This document shows, piece after piece, positions 1 through 9,228 of a stretch of DNA of 64,000 nucleotides. The stretch is taken from contig JAEYSQ010000082.1 in the NCBI GenBank assembly GCA_023434465.1, positions 1,176-65,175 on the forward strand, given 5' to 3'. Made by a program: the position numbers and the translations under genes. Numbering within the stretch: position 1 is the stretch's first letter; the number at the start of each line of letters is the position of its first letter. The DNA comes from Actinomycetes bacterium (GTDB taxonomy: Bacteria; Actinomycetota; Thermoleophilia; Solirubrobacterales; 70-9). Below the pieces are notes generated by a model. It was not told where the DNA came from. It ran no database searches and was given only the letters and a program-made list of their open reading frames with translations.

Positions 1-510
1 GATCCGGCCGATCGAGGCGTCGAGACGGTCCATCGGGCGCCCGAAGCGAACCAGGGCCAGGGCGTAGGTCGGGTCTTCGGGCGGGGTTACTATCGCCGTG
101 GCGATCTGCCAGCCGTCCGAGGTGGAAATTCCAGGTCCGGTCGGAGTTCCCAGGTCGTGGGTGCTGGGGGGGCGGTAGCGCACATTGTTTGCGGTCAGGG
201 TGAGGTCGGCGGAGCCGTTGACCGATGCCAGCAGATTGTTGAGGATCGACTCGTCTCCGTAGTAGGCCGGGGTGATCAGGTTCCGGTCACGGATTTCGGC
301 GGCCAGTTCCTCGACCTTTGCCCTGGTGTCAGCTTCGTAGTTCTCGCGCAACTGGCTGGCAGTGATCTGTCCCACCGCGAAACCGAAGGCGACCAGAATC
401 ACGAAGGTGATGCCGGAAGAAACGGCTGCGATCTTCCATTGGATCGGCCAGTGAGGCGGCCACTTCCTTGAGCGGCGCATTCGATCCAGCATTCTCTCGA
501 CCCTGGACAT
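1..510 (-). CDS. sensor histidine kinase, N-terminal part (gene continues past the left edge)
   Basis: Absent from the ORF track because it has no stop in the window. My translation of the reverse strand from ATG 510-508 gives 170 uninterrupted codons: MSRVERMLDRMRRSRKWPPHWPIQWKIAAVSSGITFVILVAFGFAVGQITASQLRENYEADTRAKVEELAAEIRDRN... It has one TM helix followed by a polar segment. Its ATG overlaps the stop of the upstream response regulator (ATGA), the classic RR-HK layout. The kinase core lies outside the window, so the call rests on context. Confidence 0.5.
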   Translation of the reverse strand, partial: MSRVERMLDRMRRSRKWPPHWPIQWKIAAVSSGITFVILVAFGFAVGQITASQLRENYEADTRAKVEELAAEIRDRNLITPAYYGDESILNNLLASVNGSADLTLTANNVRYRPPSTHDLGTPTGPGISTSDGWQIATAIVTPPEDPTYALALVRFGRPMDRLDASIGRI

Positions 511-1202
511 CAGGCCTTGATGACGTAGCCGGCTCCGCGCTTCGTATGAAGGATGCGGGGTTCCCCGCCCTCTTCCAGTTTGCGGCGGAGGTTGGAGATG
601 AAGACGTCGATCGTGTTCGTCTCATCGAGAGGGTCGTATCCCCAGACCTCTTCCAGCAGGCGTTCCCGCGAGATGACCAGGCGCTGATTGCGCATCAGAT
701 ACTCGAGCAGCTCGAACTCGCGCTTGGTCAGCTCGACTTCCCTGTCTCCTCGTGTCGCCTCCTGCGAGTCGGGATTCAGGCGAAGATCCCCGACCGTCAG
801 CATCGCCGAGCCGCGGGGTGGGTGGCGCCGGAGCAGGGCCCGGATGCGGGCCAGCAGCTCATCCCGGTTGTATGGCTTCTCGAGGTAGTCGTCGGCTCCG
901 CTGTCTAGCCCGGTCACCCGGTTCTCGGCGCCGTCGCGGGCAGTCAGCATCAGGATCGGCAACTCGCTGCTCTCTTCCCGCAGTCGGTTGCAGACCTCGA
1001 TTCCGTCCATGTCGGGCAGGCCGAGGTCGAGCACGACCAGGTCGGGCAGGAATTCGTCAGCCACCCGCAGGCCGGTACTGCCCTCCTCGGTGGCTCTGAC
1101 CTCGTAGCCTTCGGCTCTCAGCGTGCGCCTGAGGACGTCGACGATCTCCTCGTCGTCCTCGATTACGAGAATGCGGCCGCCACTCTGCTCCTCATCCACC
1201 AT
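510..1202 (-). CDS. OmpR/PhoB-family response regulator
   Basis: ORF 510..1313(-). Receiver motifs ILVIEDDEE, DLVVLDLGLPDMDG, MLTA, YLEKP, plus a winged-helix C-terminus (LTKREFELLEYL, RGAGYVI). Start trimmed to the ATG at 1202 (MVDEEQSGGR). Confidence 0.9.
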   Translation of the reverse strand: MVDEEQSGGRILVIEDDEEIVDVLRRTLRAEGYEVRATEEGSTGLRVADEFLPDLVVLDLGLPDMDGIEVCNRLREESSELPILMLTARDGAENRVTGLDSGADDYLEKPYNRDELLARIRALLRRHPPRGSAMLTVGDLRLNPDSQEATRGDREVELTKREFELLEYLMRNQRLVISRERLLEEVWGYDPLDETNTIDVFISNLRRKLEEGGEPRILHTKRGAGYVIKA

Positions 1203-1267
1203 TGCCGGGATTCTAAGCCAGCTGGCCTCAGGGAAGGGTAAACCGGGCTTTCGTTGAAAGGAAAGCC

Positions 1268-3988
1268 ATGTTCGTACGTTCAGTCCGGCGCGGCTCTGAT
1301 CGGCGCCCGTCACGCGGCGCCTCGAAGCCGAAGACCCAGGTGGAAAAGCCGGGCCGCGAGCCGCTTCGCCAGCATCATCTCGATCTGATCGGTCTCGGCT
1401 GCGTTCTGCTGGGGATCTACCTCGTATTCGTCCTCTATTTCGGCTGGAACGGCGGCCGGATCGGTTCCGGGATCAGCGACGGATTGACCTATCTTTTCGG
1501 CCTGGTCGCCTACCTCGCCCCGATCGCCCTTTTCGCGGCCGGGGGGATCGCGATCTTCCGGCCGTCAATCCCCACCACGAGGCCGCTTCGGACCGGGGCG
1601 GGGATCATGTTGGCCGGCCTGCTGCTGGCCTTCGCCGGCGGGACCTTCGGGTTGGGTGGCGGTCGTTCCGAGCGAATCACATACTTCGATCCGGGATGGT
1701 TTCCTGAACATGGCGGGGTCGCGGGGGAGAGCATCTTCTGGGCTCTCGCCACCGCCCTCCAGCCCTTCGGCGCTCACCTGGTCGCCACTTTCGCCATTCT
1801 CGCCGGAGTTCTTCTCCTGACCGGAACGACGCTGGCCGCAGTTCTTGGACGCAGCGGCAAGGCGGTGAAGAAGGCCGGTTCGTCATCGGTTGAGAAGACC
1901 CGGACATTTGCCCGCACAGCGATCCTGCACGACGGCAAGGATGAAACTCCGGCCGCCGATGCCGAGACCATCGCGGAGCCGATCCCGGTCGGTGAAGAGC
2001 CCACCGTGACCGTCGGCAACTCCGAAGCGACCGACGAAATGGAGATTCCGGCCGGTGCCGGGCCCGCAGATTCGCCGTTCGCGGTCGACATCTGGGCCGA
2101 GAACGGTGAGGAACCCTCCGTGTCCGAGCGGACAGAGAAGCTCGAGCCGATCGACATCTTCGGCGAGGGCGGCGCTCAGGCGGCGATTTCGGGTGCCGGC
2201 ACTGCGGTCGCCGAACCCGGGGCCGACGACGGTAGCGGCACGGACGGTGGAGACGACGATTCGGTCTTCAGCGACGATTTCGAAGAGGAGCTCAAACAGC
2301 TTGAGGAAGAGTTCGACGAAGTTCCGGAGGAGCCAGAGGCCGAACCGGTGGCCGAAACCGGCCCGGACCAGGATGGCAAGGAAGAACAGCTTTCCCTGAC
2401 CCCGCAGGGTGAAAAGCGCGGGGCCACGCTTTCCGAGGAGATCAACTACAAGTCACCTCCGATCAAGGTGCTCGAAAAGGGGCAGAAGGGCGGAGGCCCT
2501 GATCCCGCCGAACAAAAGGAGTTGGCCCGCAAGCTGGTCGAGACGCTCGGTCACTTCGGAGTCGAGGCGAAAGTGGTGGGCGTGGTGACCGGCCCGCATG
2601 TGTCCCGTTTCGAACTTCAGCTCGCGCCCGGAACCAAGGTGAAGAAGGTTTCGGAGCTGGCAAACGACCTCGCCTACGCGCTCGCCTCGACCGACATCCG
2701 CATTCTGGCGCCGATTCCGGGCAAACAGGCGGTCGGCGTCGAAGTCCCGAACTCGAGTCGGAACATGGTCCGACTGGGCGACATCTATGGCAAGCCGAAG
2801 GCGAAGGATTCGCCGCTCACGGCCTGGCTCGGCAAGGGGATCGACGGCAAGCCGGTCTCGACCGACCTGGCCAGGATGCCTCACGTCCTGGTCGCGGGGA
2901 CCACCGGCTCCGGCAAGTCCGGCTGCGTGAACGCAGTGCTTTCCTCGATCCTGATGTGTTCCTCGCCGAACGAGGTGCGCCTGGTTCTGGTCGACCCGAA
3001 ACAGGTTGAGTTGAACCACTACGAGGCGGTTCCGCACCTGCTCACCCCGGTGGTGACCAATCCGAAGCTGGCGGCAAACGTCCTCAACAACCTGATCGCC
3101 GAGATGGAGACCCGTTACGGCCTGATGAAAGAAGCACGGGCCCGCAACATCGAGGACTACAACAAGGCGATGACTGCCGAGGGCAAGCCTCGACTGCCCT
3201 ACATCCTTTGCGTTATCGACGAACTGGCCGATCTGATGATGGTCGCTCCCGCTGATGTCGAGGCCTCGATCATCCGTCTGGCCCAGAAGTCACGAGCCAC
3301 CGGCATCCATCTGCTGCTGGCGACCCAGCGGCCTTCGACCGACATCATCACCGGCACGATCAAGGTCAACATTCCTTCCCGGATCGCCTTTGCGGTGTCT
3401 TCGCAGACCGACTCGCGAGTAATCCTCGACCAGGGTGGAGCGGAATCTCTGCTCGGACAGGGCGACATGCTCTTCCGCGGCCCTGGCACTTCGAAGCTGG
3501 CCCGGATCCAGGGGGCCTTCGTGACCGAAGAGGAAATCGCCCGGATCACCGACTTCTGGTCGGCCCAGGGAGAGCCCGAATTCGAGCAGGAACTGCTCAG
3601 CGAACCAGCGACGGCGCCGGAAGAGAGTTCCGACGGCGAGTTCGATCCGGACCAGGACGATCTCCTCACCGAGGCGATCATGCTCGTGGTCGAGACCGAA
3701 ACCGCTTCGGTGTCGATGATTCAGCGGCGCCTGCGGGTCGGATACACCCGGGCCGGCCGCCTGATCGACATGCTGGAGCGTCGCGGCGTGATTTCCGGAT
3801 ACGAGGGTTCGAAGCCCCGTCAGGTGCTGATTACCCACGCCGACCTGCCTCGCATCCTCGGCGGCGGTAACGCCGGAGGTTCGGATGAAACCGAACCGGA
3901 GTCGCCTCCCGCCGAGACGGACCAGACGACCGAGCTGCCGGCCGCGGCAGACGTGCTGGAGACCGACGACCCGGTTGACCCGGCCTGA
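1268..3988 (+). CDS. ftsK: DNA translocase FtsK/SpoIIIE
   Basis: 906-aa ORF. N-terminal TM helices, a long acidic/Pro-rich linker, a motor domain with Walker A GTTGSGKSG and LLATQRPS, and a C-terminal winged-helix gamma domain (SMIQRRLRVGYTRAGRLIDMLE). Confidence 0.95.
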   Translation: MFVRSVRRGSDRRPSRGASKPKTQVEKPGREPLRQHHLDLIGLGCVLLGIYLVFVLYFGWNGGRIGSGISDGLTYLFGLVAYLAPIALFAAGGIAIFRPSIPTTRPLRTGAGIMLAGLLLAFAGGTFGLGGGRSERITYFDPGWFPEHGGVAGESIFWALATALQPFGAHLVATFAILAGVLLLTGTTLAAVLGRSGKAVKKAGSSSVEKTRTFARTAILHDGKDETPAADAETIAEPIPVGEEPTVTVGNSEATDEMEIPAGAGPADSPFAVDIWAENGEEPSVSERTEKLEPIDIFGEGGAQAAISGAGTAVAEPGADDGSGTDGGDDDSVFSDDFEEELKQLEEEFDEVPEEPEAEPVAETGPDQDGKEEQLSLTPQGEKRGATLSEEINYKSPPIKVLEKGQKGGGPDPAEQKELARKLVETLGHFGVEAKVVGVVTGPHVSRFELQLAPGTKVKKVSELANDLAYALASTDIRILAPIPGKQAVGVEVPNSSRNMVRLGDIYGKPKAKDSPLTAWLGKGIDGKPVSTDLARMPHVLVAGTTGSGKSGCVNAVLSSILMCSSPNEVRLVLVDPKQVELNHYEAVPHLLTPVVTNPKLAANVLNNLIAEMETRYGLMKEARARNIEDYNKAMTAEGKPRLPYILCVIDELADLMMVAPADVEASIIRLAQKSRATGIHLLLATQRPSTDIITGTIKVNIPSRIAFAVSSQTDSRVILDQGGAESLLGQGDMLFRGPGTSKLARIQGAFVTEEEIARITDFWSAQGEPEFEQELLSEPATAPEESSDGEFDPDQDDLLTEAIMLVVETETASVSMIQRRLRVGYTRAGRLIDMLERRGVISGYEGSKPRQVLITHADLPRILGGGNAGGSDETEPESPPAETDQTTELPAAADVLETDDPVDPA

Positions 3989-4057
3989 CCGGGTTTTGGG
4001 AGGTAGCCCGGGAGAACCTTGAGGCTGTCCCTGGAGCGTCGGCGGTAGGGTCAGGCA

Positions 4058-5377
4058 GTGGCCAACGGCGAGGCGATATTCAGACCGGGCAGCAGCTCTG
4101 GTGGTGAGGTGCGGGCCGGGATCCTGGTCACCGGCACCGAGGTTCTTACCGCGACGATCCGGGACGAGAACGGTCCCTGGCTTTCTCAACAGCTGACCGG
4201 GCTGGGAGTCGAGCTGGTCGAGATCCTGGTCGTCGCAGATCATCCGGGTGACCTCACCAGCGGCCTTGAGCACATGAAGTCGGTCGGAATCGACCTGATA
4301 ATCACCACCGGCGGACTCGGGCCAACCGCCGATGATCTCACCGCCGAGGTGGTCGCATCCTTCTGCGGTCGGGAACTGGAGCTGGACCGGGAGATGGAGG
4401 CGAAGATCGCCGCGATCCTGGCCCGGTTCGCCGCGAACACAAACCTGGACTTGAGCGCTGACGCCCTCAACGAAGCCAACCGCAAACAGGCGATGGTCCC
4501 GGTCGGGGCCGTGGCACTGGATCCGGTCGGGACCGCGCCGGGACTGATCGTGCCGGGTCAGACAGCAGGCGATCCCCTGGTTCTGGTCCTTCCGGGCCCG
4601 CCACGGGAGCTTCGACCGATGTGGGAGACCGCACAGGGTGAGCCGCTCGTGAGAACGGTGCTTGACCGGGCGACCCGTCTCGAGAAGTACCGGTTGCGGA
4701 TGTTCGGCACACCCGAGTCCGAGCTGGCGATGAGTCTGCGCGAAATCGAAGAGAGCGGACTTTCCTTCGAAGGGCTGGAAATCACCACCTGCCTGCGAAA
4801 AGGGGAGGTGGAGGTCGACGTCCGCTACCGCGATGCGGCGTCGGAAGCGGCCGAGACACTCAGGCAAGAGCTTCGGGAGCGACATGAACGCTCGCTCTAC
4901 AGCCTTGACGGCAGGACCGTGGACGAGGTCGTGGCCGAGCTTCTCGGTGGCCGCCGGCTCGGATTGGCTGAATCCTGCAGCGCCGGGCTGCTGGCCGCCC
5001 GGATTACCGACATGCCTGGCTCATCCACCTATTTCGCGGGCGGGGTGGTCAGCTACTCGAACGAGGCCAAGCGGGATCTGCTCGGGGTCGACCAGGCTCT
5101 GCTCGACGAGTTCGGGGCGGTCTCGGCCGAGGTCGCGGAGGCGATGGCGGTCGGGGCGCTGAACCGGTTCGAGGCCGACGTCTCGGTGGCGGTCACCGGG
5201 ATCGCCGGGCCCGGTGGTGGCAGCGACGAGAAACCGGTCGGCCTGGTCCACTTCAACGTCCGGACCGCCGAGGGCGGGGTGCGGGCGGCAGCGCCGGTGA
5301 TCCCGGGAGGACGCCGCGACGTTCGCGAGCGTTCGGCGCTGGTTGCTATGCACCTGCTGCGCGAAATGCTTGCTTGA
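4058..5377 (+). CDS. cinA: competence/damage-inducible protein CinA (MoCF-like domain plus PncC-type nicotinamide-nucleotide amidase domain)
   Basis: ILVTGTEVL... and TTGGLGPTADD in the N-terminal domain; ESCSAGLLAARIT and TGIAGPGGG in the C-terminal domain. Lies directly upstream of recA. The start could instead be the GTG at 4109. Confidence 0.88.
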   Translation: MANGEAIFRPGSSSGGEVRAGILVTGTEVLTATIRDENGPWLSQQLTGLGVELVEILVVADHPGDLTSGLEHMKSVGIDLIITTGGLGPTADDLTAEVVASFCGRELELDREMEAKIAAILARFAANTNLDLSADALNEANRKQAMVPVGAVALDPVGTAPGLIVPGQTAGDPLVLVLPGPPRELRPMWETAQGEPLVRTVLDRATRLEKYRLRMFGTPESELAMSLREIEESGLSFEGLEITTCLRKGEVEVDVRYRDAASEAAETLRQELRERHERSLYSLDGRTVDEVVAELLGGRRLGLAESCSAGLLAARITDMPGSSTYFAGGVVSYSNEAKRDLLGVDQALLDEFGAVSAEVAEAMAVGALNRFEADVSVAVTGIAGPGGGSDEKPVGLVHFNVRTAEGGVRAAAPVIPGGRRDVRERSALVAMHLLREMLA

Positions 5378-5564
5378 CAGTTGGTCGGGCGGGGTCCGAC
5401 CCGCCGGGCGGGACCGTCCGACCGTGGGTGTCACGATTTGGGTGCGAAGTCGTGGTGGAATTGTTGACGGTGTTGCACACTTTTGAGGCTTTTTCGGGCA
5501 GATTTCTTGCCGTGAAGCGGTGTTCCAAAGATTCCGTCCGAAGCAGGACTTACTGTTCCCGAAA

Positions 5565-5578
5565 CGAACTTGTGTTCG
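5565..5578. promoter_or_regulatory. LexA operator (Cheo/SOS box) upstream of recA
   Basis: CGAACttgtGTTCG is a perfect GAAC-N4-GTTC palindrome. It lies 64 nt upstream of the recA ATG and matches the Gram-positive/actinobacterial LexA consensus. Confidence 0.7.
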
Positions 5579-5641
5579 TGTCCGTCCCGGGCACGAGAGG
5601 ACCAACGATCTGCCCGACAGGGCGGCGGCGAGGTGAATGAG

Positions 5642-6775
5642 ATGAGCGAAAGAAGACTGAACGACCTGGAGCCGGCCACCGACAAGGAAGTCAAGGCCAG
5701 GGCTTCCGCCCTCGAGGCGGCCCAGCGTCAGATCGAAAAGGATTTCGGGGCCGGCTCGCTGATGAAGCTGGGCGACCAGGCCTCGGTCAACGTGGAGGCG
5801 ATTTCAACTGGCGCCCTGCCGCTGGACATCGCGCTCGGCGTGGGCGGCATTCCCCGGGGCCGGATCGTCGAGATCTACGGTCCGGAGTCATCGGGCAAGA
5901 CGACCCTCGTCTACCACATCATCGCCGAAGCCCAGAAGCGCGGCGGCGTCTGCGCCTTCGTCGACGCCGAGCACGCGATTGATCCCGTCTATGCCCGGCG
6001 GATCGGGGTCAACACCGACGAACTCCTGGTCTCGCAGCCCGACTACGGGGAGCAGGCGCTGGAGATCGTCGACGTACTCACCCGCTCCGGCGCGGTCGAC
6101 GTGGTCGCGATCGACTCGGTGGCCGCCCTCACACCGCGGGCTGAGCTCGAAGGGCAGATGGGTGACGTCACGGTCGGTCTGCAGGCCAGGCTGATGTCGC
6201 AAGCGCTGAGGAAGCTCGCCGGAAACCTGAACCGGGCCAACACGCTCTGCCTGTTCACCAACCAGATCCGCGAGAAGATCGGTGTCTCCTTCGGTTCTCC
6301 GGAGACCCAGCCCGGAGGTCGGGCGCTCAAGTTCTACTCGTCGCAGCGACTCGACATCCGGCGGATCGAGACCCTCAAGGACGGCACCGAGGCGGTCGCC
6401 AACCGGGTCCGGGTCAAGGTCGTAAAGAACAAGGTCGCCGCCCCGTTCAAACAGGCCGAGTTCGACATCGAGTACGGCCTCGGTATCTCGCGCGAAGGCA
6501 GCCTGATCGACCTCGGGATCGAACATGACCTGGTTCAGAAGTCCGGTTCGTTCTTCTCCTACGGAGACACCCGGCTGGGGCAGGGCCGCAACAACTCGAA
6601 GCAGTTCCTGGCGGAGAATCCCGACATCGCCCAGGAGATCGAGGACCGGATCCTGGCCAGCCTCGGGATCACCCGGGATGGATCGCCGATCGAGAGTTCC
6701 GCTCCGGAAGGTGTGGACCCCGAGACCGGCGAGGTGATTGAGCCGGCCGGCAAGGCCGATCTCAAGGCCGCCTAG
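5642..6775 (+). CDS. recA: recombinase RecA
   Basis: Walker [20 protein letters not shown], and [20 protein letters not shown]. Start set at ATG 5642, preceded by GGCGAGG; the TTG at 5570 in the ORF track lies inside the LexA box. Confidence 0.97.
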   Translation: MSERRLNDLEPATDKEVKARASALEAAQRQIEKDFGAGSLMKLGDQASVNVEAISTGALPLDIALGVGGIPRGRIVEIYGPESSGKTTLVYHIIAEAQKRGGVCAFVDAEHAIDPVYARRIGVNTDELLVSQPDYGEQALEIVDVLTRSGAVDVVAIDSVAALTPRAELEGQMGDVTVGLQARLMSQALRKLAGNLNRANTLCLFTNQIREKIGVSFGSPETQPGGRALKFYSSQRLDIRRIETLKDGTEAVANRVRVKVVKNKVAAPFKQAEFDIEYGLGISREGSLIDLGIEHDLVQKSGSFFSYGDTRLGQGRNNSKQFLAENPDIAQEIEDRILASLGITRDGSPIESSAPEGVDPETGEVIEPAGKADLKAA

Positions 6776-6794
6776 AGAGCATCCGGGTTGGCCT

Positions 6795-7259
6795 GTGGCT
6801 GACGAACTGCTCGCGAAAGCACTCACCGCGCTCGGCCGGAGGGCCCTGACCGAGGCCGAGATGCGGGAGTGGCTGGACAGACGGGAAGTCGAGCAGGCCG
6901 AGATCGAACGGATCGTCGGGTTCCTGACCGAGAACCTGGCCCTCGATGACCGGGCCTTTGCGCTTGGTTTCGCCAACGACAAGCGGGAATTCTCAGGCTG
7001 GGGCCGGGACCGGATCCGAACCGTATTGCTCCGCAGGGGAGTTTCGCCGCACCTGGTGGACGAGGCCCTGGATCAGCAGGGGGCCGACGGCGAACAAGCC
7101 GAAACGGAAGTCGAACGGGCGGTCCGGGTCCTCGATCAGAAGGGCGCCGATCTCAGTGACGACCGGGGTCGTCAGCGAGCGTTCGGGCTCCTGGCGAGAC
7201 GCGGTTACGAGGCCGAGGAGGCCTACGCGGCGATCCGTATCGCCAGCCGCGCTGCCTGA
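6795..7259 (+). CDS. recX: RecA regulator RecX
   Basis: Helical-repeat protein (ALTALGRRALTEAEMREWL..., RGVSPHLVDEAL) immediately after recA. GTG 6795 is chosen so that it does not overlap the recA 3' end. Confidence 0.8.
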   Translation: MADELLAKALTALGRRALTEAEMREWLDRREVEQAEIERIVGFLTENLALDDRAFALGFANDKREFSGWGRDRIRTVLLRRGVSPHLVDEALDQQGADGEQAETEVERAVRVLDQKGADLSDDRGRQRAFGLLARRGYEAEEAYAAIRIASRAA

Positions 7260-7320
7260 ACCGGCGGCAGGACCGCAGGCGGCGAGGCGACCTGTTCGGT
7301 GGGTTACCCTTGGTGGAGGC

Positions 7321-8835
7321 ATGGCGCTCGATTCGTTCATCCCCGCCTGGTTGCGGAACCGGCCCCGGGACCCGGCGGTCAAGGGCGGAGTGGACGCGCC
7401 TCGTGCCGGTACCGACGACATCCGCAGAAACGGGACCGAGGCCGGAGAGCATGCGCCCGAGCCGGCACCGGATCTCGACTCACCTCCGCCCCGAGAGAAT
7501 CAGCTCTCGGCCGAAGCCGAGCTGCGGGCCAGGCGGGAAGAGATCGTTCGCATGGAGGAGCGGGCTCTTCGGGACTTGGAATCGGCGCGTACCCGGCTTC
7601 GGGAAGCCGACCGGCGCTCTGAACTGGCAGAAGAGCGTGAACGCCGGCTCGATCAGGTTGAGGACGAACTCCGGCAGGCCCGGGAGCGGCAGCTGGCCGA
7701 ACTGGAGACGGTGTCAGGACTGACCCGGGCTCAGGCCAGGCAGGCGCTGGTCAAGGAGGTGGAGGAAGAAGCCTCACGCCAGGCCGGACTTACCGTGAAG
7801 CGAATCGAGGAAGAAGCAAGGCTCGATGCCGAGCGGCGGGCCCGGGGGATTCTCGCCGTCGCGATGCAGCGGCTTGCCTCGAGCCAGTCGATCGAGTCGA
7901 ACACCTACACGCTCCACCTGCCAAACGAGGACATGAAGGGTCGGATCATCGGTAAGGACGGACGGAACATTCGGGCTCTGGAGAACCTGACCGGGGTCGA
8001 CATCATCATCGACGAGACCCCCGAGACGGTCGTAATCTCCAGCTTCGATGGCGTCCGCCGCGAAATTGGAAGGTTGACGCTCGAGAAACTGATCGAGGAC
8101 GGGCGGATTCACCCCGCCTCCTGTGAGGCAGCATTCGAGGAGGCCTCGGCGAAGGTCGATGACGTGATGATCGAATCTGCGGAGTCGGCTCTCCTGGACG
8201 CCAGGGTGACCGGTCTTCATCCCGAACTTGTCCGGCTGCTCGGCCGGCTCAGGTTTCGCACCAGCTACAGCCAGAACGTCCTCGCGCACCTGGTCGAGTG
8301 CTCGAACCTGGCCGCCCTTATGGCGGCGGAGCTGGGAGCGTCGGTCGAAGTTGCGCGGCGGGCGGCGTTGCTTCATGACATCGGCAAGGCGGTCAGTCAC
8401 GAGGTCGAAGGTACGCACGCCGCGGTAGGCGCTCGGCTCGCCCGACGTTACGACGAGGTCGATGCGATCACCCACGCAATCGAGGCCCACCACAACGAGA
8501 TCGAACCGGTCACGGTAGAGGCGGTGATCGTGCAGGCCGCCGACGCACTTTCGGGCGCCAGGCCCGGCGCCCGCGGGGATTCGCTCGAGCAGTACGTGAC
8601 CCGGCTCGGTGACCTCGAAGAAATTGCGATGCGGCAGACCGGCGTGAAAAAGGTGTTCGCGATGCAGGCCGGTCGGGAGATTCGGGTGATGGTCGACCCC
8701 GGGCAGGTCGACGACGAAGCGACGGCTCTCATCTCGCATGAGATCGCAGCGGCGATAGAGCGCGAAATGGAGTACCCGGGCCAGGTCAAGATCACCGTGA
8801 TTCGCGAACTCCGCGCGACCCGAATCGCCAGATAG
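7321..8835 (+). CDS. rny: ribonuclease Y (KH + HD domains)
   Basis: KH motif GRIIGKDGRNIRALENLTGVDIII and HD motif LLHDIGKA...AHHNE, with an N-terminal coiled-coil region rich in E/R. ATG 7321 is preceded by GGTGGAGG. The 5' extension in the ORF track (6946) overlaps recX and is Arg/Pro junk. Confidence 0.9.
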   Translation: MALDSFIPAWLRNRPRDPAVKGGVDAPRAGTDDIRRNGTEAGEHAPEPAPDLDSPPPRENQLSAEAELRARREEIVRMEERALRDLESARTRLREADRRSELAEERERRLDQVEDELRQARERQLAELETVSGLTRAQARQALVKEVEEEASRQAGLTVKRIEEEARLDAERRARGILAVAMQRLASSQSIESNTYTLHLPNEDMKGRIIGKDGRNIRALENLTGVDIIIDETPETVVISSFDGVRREIGRLTLEKLIEDGRIHPASCEAAFEEASAKVDDVMIESAESALLDARVTGLHPELVRLLGRLRFRTSYSQNVLAHLVECSNLAALMAAELGASVEVARRAALLHDIGKAVSHEVEGTHAAVGARLARRYDEVDAITHAIEAHHNEIEPVTVEAVIVQAADALSGARPGARGDSLEQYVTRLGDLEEIAMRQTGVKKVFAMQAGREIRVMVDPGQVDDEATALISHEIAAAIEREMEYPGQVKITVIRELRATRIAR

Positions 8836-8900
8836 GCAACCCCGAGGCTGACTCTCGCTGGCCCGCCCGTCAGCCGCGGAAATCAGTAGGATTCGCGCCG

Positions 8901-9179
8901 ATGGACATCAAGACCGTTTTCCTGATCTTCGGCATCAGCCTCGCCTGTTACGCATTGATCATCAGCTTCGTCGGGTTGCGCGTAAAGAGCTTCCCGAGCA
9001 AGGGCGCGCTGATCGGATCCATCCTTGTCGCCGTATTCCTGGTCGGTGGGACCGCCACTTTCGCAGTCAAGCTTTCGATCGAAGAGGCCCACGAGCGCGA
9101 AGAGGGTCACGAGGCATCCGGCGAAGAGGAAACCGAAGCCGCCGGCATCCGAATCATCCAGCCGGCCAACGCCGCCTGA
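8901..9179 (+). CDS. small membrane protein, unknown function
   Basis: 92 aa with two hydrophobic helices (VFLIFGISLACYALIISFVGL; LIGSILVAVFLVGGTATFAV) and an acidic tail. It fills the rny-miaB gap on the coding strand. Confidence 0.5.
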   Translation: MDIKTVFLIFGISLACYALIISFVGLRVKSFPSKGALIGSILVAVFLVGGTATFAVKLSIEEAHEREEGHEASGEEETEAAGIRIIQPANAA

Positions 9180-9228
9180 CCTCCAGCACGTCGGGCGGGC
9201 TGCCGACTAGCTGTAATCTCGTTCGGCG

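Noticed and set aside
3290-4885. 531-aa ORF on the minus strand spanning the ftsK 3' end and cinA
   Set aside because: The translation is Arg/Gly/Pro/Asp-rich and low in complexity, with no recognisable motif. It lies exactly antisense to two genes with strong family signatures. This is a typical shadow ORF in GC-rich DNA.
6946-7320. 5' extension of the RNase Y ORF overlapping recX
   Set aside because: The extension is Arg/Pro/Ser-rich and overlaps the recX coding frame. A good SD plus ATG lies at 7321.
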